Notes: a model not told the origin generated them from the letters alone. A stretch of 63,697 nt of DNA from Octopus bimaculoides (GCF_001194135.2 NC_068984.1:32521397-32585093), one strand, 5' to 3'. Positions 23,223-37,230 are shown, counted from the stretch's first letter. A program made the numbers and translations.

Positions 23223-23369
23223 CAGTGCTGGAATTATCATTGTGCTTAGGTGTGCCTAAGCACAGGGCCCCATTGACCAGAGGCACTATAAGGGTCAACT
23301 GCATCCTGTCCAAGTAAGGGATCTTGACCTAACTGGCACAGGTCCTCATTTGTCCTAAATCCAGCACTG
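23223..23369. mobile_element. hAT-type MITE, 147 bp
   Basis: TIRs CAGTGCTGGAATT / AAATCCAGCACTG; 8-bp TSD GTAGTGGC / GTAGTGAC (7 of 8 match). Confidence 0.8.
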
Positions 23370-24444
23370 GTAGTGACAAAGGGTGTAAGAAGTAAAGACA
23401 CTATCATAATGTGTGAGGGGAGTGGTAAAAGATGGTGGGGGAGAATAGTGGTGGAGGATGATGGTGGAGAATGATGACTAAGAATAGCCCCATTCAGAGG
23501 AGCAGAATGTAATGGAGAAGTGAAGAATTTAATGAAAAATTAAAAAAAAATAATCTATATTTAAATAGAAAGATTATTGTTGTGATATAGCTTTTTGTAC
23601 AGAAGTTCATGAATACTTTTCCTTGTGTGGGACATAGTAGGCAAGTGAGAGAAGAAATTAATGATGACAGGTGAGAACACACAAGCACACACACACACAA
23701 GCATGCACACGCACACACACACACACACGCACATGCATGCATGCATACACACACAGAGACACAGACGCTCACACACACACACACACACATGTATACACAG
23801 ATATAAAATCATTTATGGGACTTCACTCTTTTACGATAGATTTTTAAAAACATTACCCCAGCTTGGCGTGGGACGTAACATCACAGTGAAAGAATTAATG
23901 CTGACAGGGGACAAGAAAAATTATTTCTGCTGTTATTGTTGATGTTGCTGCATCTGTTTTGAAGCATATGAACATTTCTCAAGATAACTTAGGGGAAATT
24001 CAATTATGACCAAGTTTTTTTACTGGAAGATTTTTTTTTGTTTTTGAATTATTTTACAAACAGGACTTGTGAATGTGGAGACATCTGTTCCACTACCTAG
24101 ATTAGACAAAACAAATCTGCCATTTAGAAGTTTATTTTTATGAAAAATTTTCAACCATTTGGAATGTACTTAATATGGCTTCTCTGAAAATAACCAAAAG
24201 AAGAGGGAGTAACAGTGGATATGCTTTTTCAAAAGAAAACATTAAATAATTTTCAAGTATAAGAAAAGTATTTTGAAAAATAAAAAGTTTAAACTGAAGA
24301 AACAAACTCAACAAATCATAAATTCTTTCGAGCATAAGTCATAATTTGACACCTGAAAATGAAAATTTACTCCACATAAACAAAAGTATCACTACCACTA
24401 AAAGTGACAATTAGCATAGATTTGTCCTCATTCATATGCATCAC

Positions 24445-25010
24445 ATGACCAAACCAGTTTAGTCTTCTCTCTTGCACACAACATCTGATGCCTCTTTTCC
24501 CAGTTTTCCTCTTAAATTGCTTACACTTTGTCGTGCATGCACACTGACATTACCCATCCAGCGGAGCATGTTCGCTTCATTTCTTTCAAGCCTTCACAAA
24601 TCCTCTTTAGCCAAAGCCCATGTTTCACTGCCATCTAACATAGGTGTATGTACACAGGCATCATACAATCTGTCTTTCATTCTGAGGGAGAGGCCTTAGT
24701 TACCAACAAAGGTAGAAGCCCTCTGAACTTTTTCCAGCCCATTCTTATTCCAGCAACAACAATTTCAGAACTTTCTCCACCACTGCTAACTTGGTCTCCT
24801 AGGTAACAAAAGATGTCTACTACTTCTGTGCATTTGTAGTGCTTATTGTACCTGCACATCTGCCACACACAAAGACTACTTTCTCTTCCTGTGATACCAC
24901 TACACCTCTTATGTGTCCATATAATGCACCATACAGAATTTCTGCCTATATACCCTTTCTACATATTGAGCAAGGCCATCTCCCATAAGGGATTTGTTAT
25001 CTGTCTGTTT
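24445..25010 (-). mobile_element. RTE-clade LINE fragment, post-RT C-terminal region
   Basis: EVVDIFCYLGDQVSSGGESSEIVVAGIRMGWKKFRGLLPLLVTK; same family as 17441-17760. Confidence 0.8.
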
Positions 25011-25919
25011 TCCTATTTAATTGGACTTTGGTTTTTTTGCTAAATTAACTCTAAAGGCCTTAGATTTCAGGCCTTGTTTCCACACCTGAAATTTCTTCTC
25101 TAGGTCAGGTAGTGGTTCAGCTACATCAACAAGGTTATCAGCATAGAGGAGCTCTCAGTGACATCCAGTCTTGAATTCCTTTTTTAAGGCCTGGAGGACT
25201 AAGATAAACAGGAGGGGCGGCTGAGAACTGAGCCTTCTTGACTGGTCCCCTTCTCCAAAATTTCGGGCCTTGTGCCTAGAGTAGAAAAGAAAAGAAATTC
25301 TCTTTGACACTATAACAAGACAGCCAATCAGCTGCCTTATAACTGTATGTCTGTGTAGAATGTGATGGAGATGAGCGTGTCTGTACATGTGAGGGTAAGT
25401 GAGTGTGTGCGTGTGTATGTGTGTGCATATGCACATACATGGGTATGTGTGTACATGGGTGTGTGCATGTAAACATGTATGTACATGTGTTCTATGTGCC
25501 TATATGTATATGTGTATATTTTTTATGCTTGTAATAAATATCTATCACCACAATAGGTTTAAATGTAAAATTTTCATGATGCAAACTTTTGTCGAAGTGA
25601 AGATAACAATTATATTTAAACACATTTTTAACTCTTGTTAAACTATCCCCAATCTGCTTTTCTTTGAACATTACTGACTTCCAAGAAAATTCTGTAAAAA
25701 GCTAATTTAGAATGCCAAATTAATGTTAATTAATGAGGTCTTTTAATGATAGTTCCTTTTATCTTGTAATTTTTTTTTTAAATATTAACATGCTTACTAA
25801 ATTGTTTTGATGTGAAAAAATGCAAGAACGTATATAATATGAAAATCAATAGGAAAAAGGATTGGATACTATATTTCAAGACAATTATCCTTGACTTTGT
25901 ATAGTAAAAGAAAAACTGA

Positions 25920-25964
<45 letters not shown>

Positions 25965-26399
25965 NNNNNNNNNNGTGTGTGTGTGTGTGTGTGTGTGTAT
26001 GTATTGTTAACTACGAGCAAGCATACTTAGATGCAGTGAGTCCAGAATAATTAGTGATCAATTATAATTACACACATAATGAAAAGAAAATAATTAGTGA
26101 TAAAGATAATTCTTGTCAAAAAAAGCAAGAGAGATAACTTATAAATCAAAATTAAATCCAAATTAATTAAAAATTAAATGAACTCGCATAACAAGGAGTG
26201 AGTTTATGTGTGTGTGTGTGTGTGTGTATACATATATAGTAGATAGACAATGTGCTTTTTGTGTCTATGAGGGTCTTTGACTTTTGTTTCTAGCAATGTA
26301 GGAGCTACCCTGCACCCTCAGTCACTATTAGTGACGATTTAAATTTTCCTTTTTGCTTTTGTATTGTGCCTAACCACCTTCATTAATTTATATATATAT

Positions 26400-26505
26400 A
26401 AGTTCAAAAAAAGGAAAAAGACAATAAAAAACAACAAAAAACAACAACGTGTGGACGTGATACAGATTGTATTACTAGATGCTCAGGAAAGGAAAGAGAG
26501 AGAAT
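26400..26505 (-). mobile_element. HHR-bearing repeat subfamily H2, 3' half only
   Basis: GGACGTGATACAGATTGTATTACTAGATGCTCAGGAAAGGAAAGAGAGAG is homologous to 50886-50935; it stops just before where the ribozyme lies in the other copy. Confidence 0.65.
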
Positions 26506-26512
26506 ATATATA

Positions 26513-26740
26513 CAGGGTTGGCCAAAAGTCACCTGACAGTAAATTAAGACCATTTAATTCCAAGAATTATTTATGTTAACAAGTGAATGAATTTAATGAA
26601 AGCATCTAGATACAAAACATCATGAAAATTGTTCAAACTAAAGTCCTTGAGTGGCATATTTTTATATTCAAGTCAATACAGAATTGCAGATAGTATTTAT
26701 TGAATTTTAATTTACTGTCGGGCAACTTTTGGCCAAACCC

Positions 26741-26742
<2 letters not shown>
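26513..26742. mobile_element. Tc1/mariner-type MITE flanked by TA runs
   Basis: TIRs CAGGGTTGGCCAAAAGTCACCTGACAGTAAATT / AATTTACTGTCGGGCAACTTTTGGCCAAACCC. Confidence 0.85.
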
Positions 26743-26773
<31 letters not shown>

Positions 26774-27804
26774 ATCATTATAAATATACAGGGATTAGCA
26801 ATTGAGTTGCTTCTCCAACATACTGAAAATTTAGAAATAGCAGTCAAAGAACTACTGATTCCAAACTACAAATTTTTCTCTAAAGTGGATGGCGATATTT
26901 ATGGCACACATATTAATTCTATTATTAATTGATGATTCTCTGCCCTTATTCTTGTATATTTTATATTTGATATCTCTAAGTTAGATGGCTAAACCGTAAT
27001 CCCTTCCACACGGGACTTTTTTTCATACTGGACTATNNNNNNNNNNNNNNNNNNNNNNNNNNNNNNNNNNNNNNNNNNNNNNNNNNNNNNNNNNNNNNNN
27101 NNNNNNNNNNNNNNNNNNNNNNNNNNNNNNNNNNNNNNNNNNNNNNNNNNNNNNNNNNNNNNNNNNNNNNNNNNNNNNNNNNNNNNNNNNNNNNNNNNNN
27201 NNNNNNNNNNNNNNNNNNNNNNNNNNNNNNNNNNNNNNNNNNNNNNNNNNNNNNNNNNNNNNNNNNNNNNNNNNNNNNNNNNNNNNNNNNNNNNNNNNNN
27301 NNNNNNNNNNNNNNNNNNNNNNNNNNNNNNNNNNNNNNNNNNNNNNNNNNNNNNNNNNNNNNNNNNNNNNNNNNNNNNNNNNNNNNNNNNNNNNNNNNNN
27401 NNNNNNNNNNNNNNNNNNNNNNNNNNNNNNNNNNNNNNNNNNNNNNNNNNNNNNNNNNNNNNNNNNNNNNNNNNNNNNNNNNNNNNNNNNNNNNNNNNNN
27501 NNNNNNNNNNNNNNNNNNNNNNNNNNNNNNNNNNNNNNNNNNNNNNNNNNNNNNNNNNNNNNNNNNNNNNNNNNNNNNNNNNNNNNNNNNNNNNNNNNNN
27601 NNNNNNNNNNNNNNNNNNNNNNNNNNNNNNNNNNNNNNNNNNNNNNNNNNNNNNNNNNNNNNNNNNNNNNNNNNNNNNNNNNNNNNNNNNNNNNNNNNNN
27701 NNNNNNNNNNNNNNNNNNNNNNNNNNNNNNNNNNNNNNNNNNNNNNNNNNNNNNNNNNNNNNNNNNNNNNNNNNNNNNNNNNNNNNNNNNNNNNNNNNNN
27801 NNNN

Positions 27805-27841
<37 letters not shown>

Positions 27842-27842
<1 letters not shown>

Positions 27843-28172
27843 TGGTTTATCCCATAGATAATGGAATTTTTTTATACTACTTTAATTTTTCAAAATTAAG
27901 TTAAGCAAATTTTTTTTAATATAAAATACACTCTCCTTCATTTTCTACAATGCTCTTCCATCTATCTGGTAGACTTGCAAGGCCCCTCTTCCAAAATACA
28001 CTTGTCCATGATGAAAAATACTCCTCATGTACTGTTCTGAATCGTCTACAGAATTCATATTTTTTCCATTCAAATGATTTTGAAGACTGTGGAATAAATG
28101 ATAATCAAATGGGGCAACATCCGGCGAATATGGTAGGTGGGTAATAAGAACATAGGTTTGAAATTTCTCCAA
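27842..28172 (-). mobile_element. mariner (DD34D) 3' fragment with TIR
   Basis: THLPYSPDVAPFDYHLFHSLQNHLNGK (YSPDLAPSDYHLF motif); terminal CTGGTTTATCCCATAGATAATG next to (TA)n. Confidence 0.88.
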
Positions 28173-28218
28173 GACACCTGGTGAAGGCTGGAGGGTATAT
28201 CAGCCGAAACATTGTGTT
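28173..28218 (+). ncRNA. Minimal hammerhead-like motif (degenerate) at the start of a short repeat running to about 28268
   Basis: GACAC-CTGGTGA-A-GGCTG[10 nt]CAGCC-GAA-ACAT-T-GTGTT: stems I and II pair; core has A6G and stem III reads ACAT instead of ACGT. Confidence 0.6.
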
Positions 28219-28295
28219 AACAACAAACAAGATGAGGATAAATATCCGTCGAATGTAAATAATGTATTACATAAAGAGCTAATATGATTTTTCAG

Positions 28296-28485
28296 CTGTA
28301 GACAAATATCTCCCAGTGAATATATAGACACCAGTGCAAACTATTACCAACCAAATTTCGGTTTTTATCAACTAAATTCACTCAGATTATCTTGTCTGGA
28401 TCAGCTGTGTATTACAATGCAAGATACTTGCAGAAAATTTGAGTGCAAGAACATTGCTTGCATAGCAATCTGCTTAACCACATAG
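28296..28485 (+). CDS. Possible exon (CRQISPSEYIDTSANYYQPNFGFYQLNSLRLSCLDQLCITMQDTCRKFEC...)
   Basis: Acceptor GATTTTTCAG followed by 62 open codons; no convincing donor. Confidence 0.2.
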
Positions 28486-29170
28486 TTATGCAACACACAG
28501 ATTCATCTGCTTACTATTGTTAATATATAATGCATGCATTTTATTAATGTTTATTTTAATGAACTGCAGCCATGCTAAAGCACTGATATCAAATGTTTTA
28601 ATTAATTATATTGAATCAACTACTTTTTCTGGTGCTGAGTGGAAGAAAACAGATTGACTGCATGTATAATAGCAAAACTGCACAAAGTATTCTTTTTTTT
28701 GATGATCAAATTTTATTCTCCCACGTCACACACACACACATGTGTATGCATGCACCAACATATTTATTTGCCAAGCTATATTATGATTTTCTTAGACTAA
28801 ATTTCATACGAATGTTGGTCAATACAAGGTTCTGGTAGAAAACTCTTGCTCTAGGTGTCTTATAGTGTGATTGATAGTAAAGCCACTTGATTACAAACCA
28901 ATCTTCTTAACTTCACATCCTTATATATATATAGTAATAATAATAGTAAAGGGTAAAATCATAAATGATTTTTACCAAGTGGTCAGTGCAGAAATAAAAC
29001 CTTGTAGGTAAATCAATAGAAATATTTTATAATTATACACATAATTATAACAAGGGCTTGGCTTGCGCCTCACCATGCACTGAAAAATAGATGTGATGTC
29101 TATTTTTCAGTGCGTGCTGAGACGCAAGCCAAGCCATTGTTATAATTATGTGTATAATTATAAAATATTT

Positions 29171-29291
<121 letters not shown>

Positions 29292-29293
29292 GC

Positions 29294-29392
29294 ATCGTCA
29301 TCATCATCCTCATCGTTTAATGTCTGCTTTCCATGGTGGCATGGGTTGGATGGTTTGACTGAGGACTGGCAAGCCAGAGAGCTGCACCAAAC
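29294..29392 (-). mobile_element. Family C 3' end
   Basis: CATCGTTTAATGTCTGCTTTCCATGGTGGCATGGGTTGGATGGTTTGACTGAGG. Confidence 0.7.
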
Positions 29393-30052
29393 GACATAAC
29401 GTATACTGAATGTATAAATGAATGGGAGACAAACAGAAGGTTCGTAATTCTTCCTCAGTTATGGACCAATTGGTAATATTCAGTTTCACTCCTTTAACAA
29501 TAAGACTGAGTGCTTCCTAATCAGTAGTACAAAAAAAAAAAAGAATGGTTTTCTTTTGAACAATTAGCGACAAGAGCAAACAAAACAAAACAAGCAAAAT
29601 GAGACAGAGTGTGATTCAGGACAGTGGATGAGGATGAACAGTTGAACAAAATATGGCCTTGGGGTAAGGAGACAAGAATAGTGGGGAATGCTTAGAAAAT
29701 ATCTTGAAGGATGGAGAACAGAGGGACAGAGAATTTGCAACTGGTCAGCTACAGGACCAGTGTAAGGAGGGAAGAAAAATAGGAACTGGCCATTGGTCAT
29801 GTGACAGCAGCAGGCAGAGGAAAAATACAGCAGGGAGAGGGAGCGACAGAGAAAAAAGAAAAAGGATGAAGGGGAAGGAGAAAGGCTAGAAATTCAAGAC
29901 AGAAAGAGAGAAAAAGTGTAAGTAGAAAGGCTAGAATAGAAGTGAGAGAAAGAAAAGGGGAAAAAACATTTAGTACATGTTACATTGTTTGTTTATACAT
30001 TTTTCATTTATTAAATAATGGAATGCAACACACGCCAAATTAAATGTATATA

Positions 30053-30750
30053 TTATGCTGGCAACTAAGTTCCCGTCATTTTAAAAAATTTAAATGTTTT
30101 AAAAGGTTTAGTAAAAATAACAACTAATTAATCAATAATGTATTCACCCTTATTGTTTAACAAGATTTTCAATAACTTGTTGGTAGAAATCATCCGATTT
30201 CGACTTGAAAAATTGATCCAGCCAAGCTCTCAATTCTGCATCAGTATTGAACGAGACTCCACGCATAGTATTTGAAAGAGATCGAAAGAGGTGGAAATCC
30301 ATTGGTGCCAACACTGAACTCTATGTTCAACAGATGGAATGACTCAACATGGCTATTCAAGAGAAACGGCCTAATTGTCAGCATGGAGTTCTGCTGCATG
30401 ACAATGCCTGCCCTCATATTGCCAACATGACCAAGGAAGCCATTCAAACGCATAGCTAGGAAGTGCTGCCACAACCGCAATACTTTTCTGATTTGGCACC
30501 AATGGATTTCCACCTCTTTCGATCTCTTTCAAATGCTATGCACAGAGTTTCGTTCAATACTGATGCAGAATTGAGAGCTTGGTTGGGTCAATTTTTCAAG
30601 TCGAAATCGGGTGATTTCTACCAACGAGGTATTGAAAATCTTGTTAAATGTTGGGAAGAAGCTGTAAACAACAAGGGTGAATACATTATTGATTAATTAG
30701 TTGTTGTTTTTTATTAAACCTTTTAAAACATTTAAATTTTTAAAAATGGC
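30053..30750 (+). mobile_element. mariner (DD34D) derivative whose 5' part is an inverted copy of its own 3' end
   Basis: Plus strand LLHDNACPHIA...PQYFSDLAPMDFHLFRSLSN...FYQRGIENLVKCWEEAVNNKGEYIID*. 30053-30310 is the reverse complement of 30494-30750 with a deletion of about 20 bp, and carries the TIR TTATGCTGGCAACTAAGTTCCCG after TA. Confidence 0.9.
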
Positions 30751-30751
30751 A

Positions 30752-30885
30752 GAGGGCATCCAGCTGAAAAAAACCTGCCAAAAACACTCACAGAAATCTG
30801 GTGCAGGCTTCTGGTTGGCCGGCTCTTGTGAAACTGTTCTACCCATGCTAGTATGGAAGGCGGACATTAAATGATGATGATCATC
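30752..30885 (+). mobile_element. Family C 3' end, truncating the mariner right TIR
   Basis: AGGGCATCCAGCTG...CATGCTAGTATGGAAGGCGGACATTAAATGATGATG. Confidence 0.7.
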
Positions 30886-30892
30886 ATTATAT

Positions 30893-31053
30893 GGAGTGGC
30901 TGTGTGGTAAGTAGCTTGCTTACCAACCACATGGCTTCAGGATCAGTCCCATTGTGTGGAAGCTTGGACAAGTGTCTTCTACTATAGCCTTGGGCTGACC
31001 AAAGCCTTGTGAGTGGATTTGGTGGACAGAAACTGAAAGAAGCCCATCGTATG

Positions 31054-31085
<32 letters not shown>

Positions 31086-31442
31086 NNNNNNNNNNNNNNN
31101 NNNNNNNNNNNNNNNNNNNNNNNNNNNNNNNNNNNNNNGGTGTTCCAGCATGGCTACAGTCAAATGTCTGAAACAAATAAAAGACTAAAAGAAATGTGTG
31201 TGTGTGTGTGTATATATGTGCGTGCATATGTGTTTGTGTGTCTATGTTTGTGCCCCCACCATCGCTTAACAACTGATGCTGGTGTGTTTATGCCCCTGTT
31301 ATTTAGCGGTCTGGCAAAAGAGACTGATAGAATAAGTACTAGGCTTACAAAGAATAAGTCCTGGGGTTGATTTGTTCGACTAAAGGCGGTGTTCCAGCAT
31401 GGCTACAGTCAAATGTCTGAAACAAATAAAAGACTAAAAGAA
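30893..31442 (+). mobile_element. SINE family B (spans an N gap, tail end duplicated)
   Basis: GGAGTGGCTGTGTGGTAAGTAGCTTGCTTACCAACCACATGG head; complete tail 31215-31442. Confidence 0.9.
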
Positions 31443-31459
31443 ATGTGTGTGTGTGTGTG

Positions 31460-31556
<97 letters not shown>

Positions 31557-32309
31557 GTATATCTATGAATATATAAATTTTGTGTGTGTATAAAATGAGA
31601 TAGATTTTGTTTCCATTCGTGTATCTGTAAATAATAGAAATATAAGTTGTTAGATTTCACTTACTCCTTGACAAGAATTCAAATATATAGGAAATTGATT
31701 TTGTTGTGTTGTTGTATAGTCTTAGTAAATTCCCTTTGAAATATGATTTCCAAAGATGATCTCAGTGTCCATTGCAATGTTTCAATTAATATCTTCGAAT
31801 TGCTTGTCAAAGTTGTTGTTGTTATTGGATAAACTTGCTTTATAAGAACATCTTTGATGCATTACTCCTTACATTCAAATATCATCGAGGTTGGTTTTGC
31901 CTTTCATCGCAGCAAGGATAAGAAAAAATTCATTACTTTTATTATTGGGGCTGGTGTCTGAATTGTTGTCAAGAGAGCTATGAGATGACAGAGGCCAGTT
32001 TAAATGCCTTTGCAGAATTGTTAGCACTTCAGCATCAGACAAATGCTTTGTAGTATCTAATAATGGCCCTTACGTTCTGAGTTCAAATCCCACCAATACT
32101 TCTAATAATTGTGTTCTTCTGTATAAAATTTGTAGCCTTGTGCCTATGTAATAAATCATTATTTATTCCTGTTTCCCTCCATTCTTAGCTCAAATTTATC
32201 TGAGATCATTTATTCCATTATTCACAGCATCTCAATGAGATGCCTCTCAGTAATATACTTATCAATTCTAATCATTAAAAATTATCTTTATTTCTGTATT
32301 ACAAGTGCA

Positions 32310-32660
32310 GACATAAGATGCTCAGTTTGTAATCTAACTATGAGGTTTGGGGTTCCATCCCACTGCATGGCATCTTGGGCAAATGACTTTTTCATTAGCC
32401 CTGATTGTGAGTGTATCTGGTGGATGGAAATTGTGTGAAAGCCCATCTGCGTACACACACACACACACACACACACATACACAAACAGACAGACACACAC
32501 ACACACTCAAACACACATGCAATAGAATTAGTAATAGGAAGTCCTTGGTGCAAGGACTCTATGTGTGTTAACCCCTTCCCCAGCTAACAGCCAGTGTTGG
32601 TTTGTTTACATTCCTGTAATTCAACCATGGAGACTTGCATGGATGCAAATATACTTTGCA
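32310..32660 (+). mobile_element. Degenerate SINE family B
   Basis: GGTTCCATCCCACTGCATGGCATCTTGGGCAAATG...GGTGGATGGAAATTGTGTGAAAGCCC plus partial tail. Confidence 0.6.
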
Positions 32661-32704
32661 AAGGAAGACAGAATTTGCATCTAGGCATATTTCTACACAG
32701 CAAA

Positions 32705-32768
<64 letters not shown>

Positions 32769-33012
32769 ATGTGTGTGTGCATGTGTATGTGACATAAAGG
32801 TAACACTGATGGGATGGAAATGCAAAAACTGGAAAGAAATGAGGTGAATATGCTCCACATGTTGGTGTCAATGAAGGATGAAGCAGAAATTAGCTGAGAT
32901 AAAAACTGACTGATAGATGTTTTGGCTGTTGTGTACATGAAACACTGCACTGGTACAGGCATGTGATGCAAGCAGTGATGATGATGGTGGTGGTGATGAC
33001 AACAACAAGGAT

Positions 33013-33098
33013 GAAGAAGAAGAAGAAGAAGAAGAAGAAGAAGAAGAAGAAGAAGAAGAAGAAGAAGAAGAAGAAGAAGAAAAAGAAGAAGAAGAAGA
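33013..33098. repeat. (GAA)n microsatellite
   Basis: Direct. Confidence 0.95.
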
Positions 33099-34193
33099 TA
33101 TTGTGTATGTGTATGTATGTTTGTGATTATGCTGAGTACCAAATGGTTTTGTAAATTTTACTAACATATTTAATTACTTGTTTCAATTTTACTTGTCTGA
33201 CCTGCTAAAAATAGCAAACTAACCTTCCTAAAAATTGCTCTCTACCACTTCAAAAATGAGTGAGAAATATTAGATGATGCAGTCCCAGATGAACTCTCTC
33301 ACTCCAAAAATGATGGAATAGTCATGGCTGGAATGCCTACAAGCACAGATCTGCTTGATCAGGATTAGCTGGGATTAAATGAATAGTATAAATACAGAGG
33401 ATGGTAGATCTACAAAATCATTAGAGCTTCGAACAAAATATTTTCTGTTATTTTTCCAGTTCTTTATATCCTGAGTTCAAACTATACTGAGTTCAGCTTT
33501 GTCTTTCATCCTTCTGTGGCTGATAAAATATAAAAACAGTCTGTTACTGGGTTTGACAAAATCAGCTGTATTTTTTCCCCCAAAAATTTGATGTCTTGTG
33601 TATATGTAAGAAATCAAAAATATAAGTACTATGAATTAATCCAGTCAACTCCATCTTGAATGGTTCCAAAATCTGGCCTTGTGCCTTGTCAAAAATAATC
33701 AATACTCAACATTGATTTAATCCTGTTTTTATATTACGTTTTTGGCTTACTTTTTGAAAATTTCTATTCAGATATTTTTAAAAATCAATCATCACAACAT
33801 ATTTTAAAGAAAAATAAATCTATGAATAAATATTGGATTTAGGTAAAAATAAATAAACACATAAAATGTTATTTCCTTTTGTATTAAATCTAATATCATT
33901 TATTTGTTAACTTTGTTGATGTATTTATTATTGATATATTTATTAACTTCATTCATATATTTTTGTCGGCATCTAACTTTTTGTGAATATTTGTCGAAAA
34001 TGTCAAATTATTAGACCTTAAAAGTAAGTAAAAACAAACTTAGTTGTTTTTATTACCAATTTGTCTCTGTCCCTGTCTCTCTATCTCTTTCTCTGTTTCT
34101 CTTTGTGTCTGTCTGTCCCCCTGCTCTCTCTCTCACTCTCACACACACATTCTTCTTCTCTCTTTCCATCTCTAATCTGTTATACTCTCTTAG

Positions 34194-34216
34194 GAAAACC
34201 ACAAGATGGACAACAG
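34194..34216 (+). CDS. Possible 23-nt micro-exon (ENHKMDN)
   Basis: Long pyrimidine tract plus TAG acceptor, donor CAG|GTTAGA. Phase 0 to 2 would bridge the 19941 and 43708 candidates, but the frame was chosen post hoc. Confidence 0.2.
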
Positions 34217-34659
34217 GTTAGAATTGTCCCATCAGTTTTACATATTAAGAATTTCCATCTATAATTGTTGTTTGGAATCATTTTCCTCCAGTGAGATTAA
34301 ACCAGATGTCTGTCAAAACAAAATGGACATCATAAATATGTCAAAACACTTTGTTTAAAAACAGTATTCTTTCTTTTATTTATTTATTTGTTTTGGTTCC
34401 TTTTCATCCTTATTTCATTTCTTCCATTTTCCTTCCTTCCATCATCATTCATTTCTGCCTTCCTTTTTGTTTGTTTTCAAGTTTGTGAGAATTTTCTCCC
34501 TGTATGATTCTGTATAAGCGCATATATGTATTTGTATATGTACATGTGTGTGTGTGTGAAAGGGGGATAGGTGGAGGGCGTCTGATTGGAGTAGATGTTT
34601 TACTCTAATAAACGCTTAATTATGTTTTTCAAAATCAATGAACAGTAATTGAATATTAA

Positions 34660-35248
<589 letters not shown>

Positions 35249-36679
35249 TTTACCAAACACTATCTGATTAGTATTCTTCTGAAAGAATAATAGAATGATA
35301 ACTTGAGAGAGTGAGAAAGAACTTTGAAGTGAGAGAGAGTGCGGGGGGAGGGGGAGAGAAAGGAAGAGATTAATAATGAGAGAAGAAGAAAGAAAGAGAA
35401 AGCTTAAGTAAAGACCACTTAGTTGATTATGGCTGATTATACAAAAGGATCAATAAATAATGGCTGTTTTGAAACCTCTTCAATTAAATATCAATTTAAA
35501 TTTAAATTACAAAAAATAATAATAAAACACACACATATATATACACAAACAAAACTATTGCAAAATAACAGAAAGCAATAATAACAACTGTGAAATCATA
35601 CAACATAAATCTTCACTGCAATAAAATAAAATTATGCTATGCAAATATGTTTAAAATTACTTGTTTGTTGTTATTGTTGCTGTTACTATAAATTTTATTG
35701 TACTTGTGTTTTGTTGCTTTAATATTTTGATTTATTTTCGTTCAATTATAACTCTAAAAGATAGAAAATGTAATCCGCCATAGAAATCAATTGACTAACA
35801 ATCACGTCTAATGATAATCTTTTAAAAAATCTGAACACAAGAAGTTTCATTCTGCAAGAAATAGCAGCTAAATATTCTTGTTTCACCCCAGTATTTTAGA
35901 AGATAATGGAGAATGATATTAACTTTGTTGATACAGTATGACTGGAAATTATATAGTATGACTGAAATAAAAATGGTATGGTCATGACTGAGGTGGTTTT
36001 GATCAAAAGTCTGCTTGATCAGAGATGAACTGGTATTAAACAACAAGAGCAAAAAAAAAAAAAAAATATTAGCACAGCTACGATTTAAAAGTATGTTATC
36101 ATATTGATTTCTAGCATAGATACAAGACCTTACACTTAAGGTATAAATGTGATTGAGTATATTACTTCTAGTACTTGAGTTGTCCTTCATTTTAACAGCA
36201 TCGAAGGATGAAGAACAAAATTGATTATGATAGAACCTGACCTTAGAATATAAATCACATTTCAGTTTTATCTCCTGATGAAATGGTTTATTCATCACAT
36301 TTAAATCAATTAATTATGTGCTTTTATATATGATGTAATTATATGAATAAGAAGTTTTGTGTTTACACCATTGAAACAGTTGTAGAGCTGAATGAATTTA
36401 CAAAAACATCTGAGGAATCTTTGCTTTTCATTTTTACTGTTCTACATAAAACTGTAAAAGATCATGAGTAAATATTGCGCAACATTTTGTATAAAGTTCT
36501 AGCATTCCTACCAATCACCCATCATGAAGGTACAATTTTCATGTTGAAGATTAAGATTGCAAATTCAGCAAAAGTAAAAGAGCACTATACTAAATTCTTG
36601 CAGCATCTAGTTTCATACTGTTATAAACTAGGAGGTCTTCAAATCCTGTTGGCTATTTAGTGTTATCTTTCATCATTCC

Positions 36680-37230
36680 TCTTTTACTCTTTTACTTGTT
36701 TCAGTCGTTTGACTGTGTCCATGCTGCTTATTCTTTGTAAGCCTAGTACTTATTTTATCATTCTGTTTTGCCGAACCACTAAGTTATGGGGATGTAAACA
36801 CACCAGCATTGGTCGTCAAGCAATGTTGGGGGGGACAAACACAGACACACAAACATGTACACACACACATACATACATACATATAGCGTGGGTCAGATTC
36901 TTGTTGCCAATTCTCATGTTTTTATGAAGGATTGGAATGTAGGACACTGCTTGTATGATGGTGACACTCATTTACAACTATTTGGCAATGCTATGAAAAC
37001 AAGACAGAAACACATGTGCTTGAATACACATGTAAACACACATTCATGCATACACATACATACACACAGATATTTATGATGAGATTCTTTCAGTTCCTAT
37101 CAATCAAACCCACTCACAAAGCTTTGGTCTGTTTTGGGTTATAGTAAAAGATGCTTACCCAATGTGGTCTACAGTGGGATTTCATGTGGTTTGGAAGCAA
37201 ACTTCTTAATCATTCAACCATGACTGTACC
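36680..37230 (-). mobile_element. SINE family B
   Basis: Tail CTTTTACTTGTTTCAGTC...GGGGGGACAAACACAG; head remnants near 37090-37230. Confidence 0.8.

Noticed and set aside
31139-31460. Identical 70-bp SINE tail plus (TG)n on both sides of a tail unit
   Set aside because: Begins exactly at an N gap edge; probably a scaffolding overlap rather than a real tandem array.
35822-36298. 158-aa minus-strand ORF, the longest non-repetitive ORF
   Set aside because: No recognisable motif, crosses a poly-A run, no supporting splice structure; treated as probably spurious.
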